64,000 nt of DNA, taken from Podarcis cretensis. Its lineage: Eukaryota. Numbering within the stretch: the first letter of the stretch is position 1; every line of letters starts with the position of its first letter. The stretch lies in contig OX638156.1 in assembly GCA_951804945.1 (NCBI GenBank), positions 37,758,001 to 37,822,000 on the forward strand, written 5' to 3'. The notes under the pieces are model-generated. The model worked only from the letters and a program-made list of their open reading frames with translations. It searched no databases and was not told the origin of the DNA. Position numbers and translations under genes: made by a program. Shown piece after piece: positions 63,225-64,000 of the stretch.

Positions 63225-64000
63225 CTGGAAGAAAAAGAAGACAGTCTTGGAGGACATTCCATGAGGTCTAAAGGCGAAGACCTACAGAACATTGGGGAAG
63301 GGCTGCAACTCAAAGAAAAGCATCTCCCTATGTTCCTAACATTCTTGACAATTCTCACAGCAGATTGTTCAACTGCAGGTGACCTGGATGCCATGACCTG
63401 CCTTATGCATATGAGCTGAATCTTGCTCTTGCCTCTCGCCCTCATGCTTCAGGTGGGGACTGACTGCATCTTTATAATGTGTGCTTTTTCCTTTTTTCTT
63501 ACAAAAAGAAACTCCGCACAAACATTTTAAATAAGTTGCAAAGCTGCTACAGGAACTGAAGCCTGTATGATCTCACAGGTGTTAGCCAATAAGATGCCCA
63601 TTTTCTCCCCCGCACGAGGTTGTTCCGGGAGATGAAAATGGGCATGTGTTTCCAATCACCTCTCCCACACCCAGTCTTCCTCCTAACCAGCCAGGTGCAT
63701 GAGTTTGCTGCCATGGCACTGCCCTCAGCGTTCCTCCAAGAATGAAGAGATTTTACTTGTAGCATCCTTTGCTCAAGGAGAATGCAAACAAACTAGCACA
63801 CTGGTGAAAATTCTAGGGTACAAATCCACAGAGATTGGATACAATAGTTTTGCTTATCTTAGTGAAAAGGATTCTGAGGATTGTTCTGATTCAGATATAT
63901 AACACTAGGCAAATAATAGTGTTTATTGGGTAATAATTTTAGTTATGGGCTGGAAGCAGCTTTACTGTGTTTGGTTACAAACCTGAGCTAGACCACTGGT

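Overview
Vertebrate genomic DNA, most likely from a squamate. A lacertid lizard is plausible from the BovB/L1/CR1/MITE repeat content, but that is inference. The window holds a four-gene block in the same order and orientation as human 16q13. (1) 5' end of PSME3IP1/FAM192A on the - strand, head-to-head with RSPRY1 across a CpG island at about 5.8-6.7 kb. (2) Complete RSPRY1 on +, with 14 coding exons spanning 18264-43063 and encoding 575 aa. (3) Complete ARL2BP on +, with 6 coding exons spanning 49732-56921 and encoding 162 aa, behind a second CpG island. (4) The last two coding exons of PLLP on -, convergent with ARL2BP. All exons were read by hand with GT-AG boundaries and consistent phases. 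Introns carry TA-flanked Tc1/mariner-type MITEs with hairpin minisatellites, hAT MITEs, BovB fragments, tRNA-derived SINEs and L2/CR1 ends. The two most notable observations are a full-length 2.16-kb L1-derived element with a 17-bp TSD that keeps an ORF1-like frame but has lost almost all of ORF2 (HAL1-like), and the RSPRY1 start region, where a 42-codon uORF ends in TAG directly abutting a weak ATG and a strong internal ATG opens an MGNSCVC myristoylation/palmitoylation-type N-terminus. Candidate poison or micro-exons and a bidirectional polyA region are also flagged.
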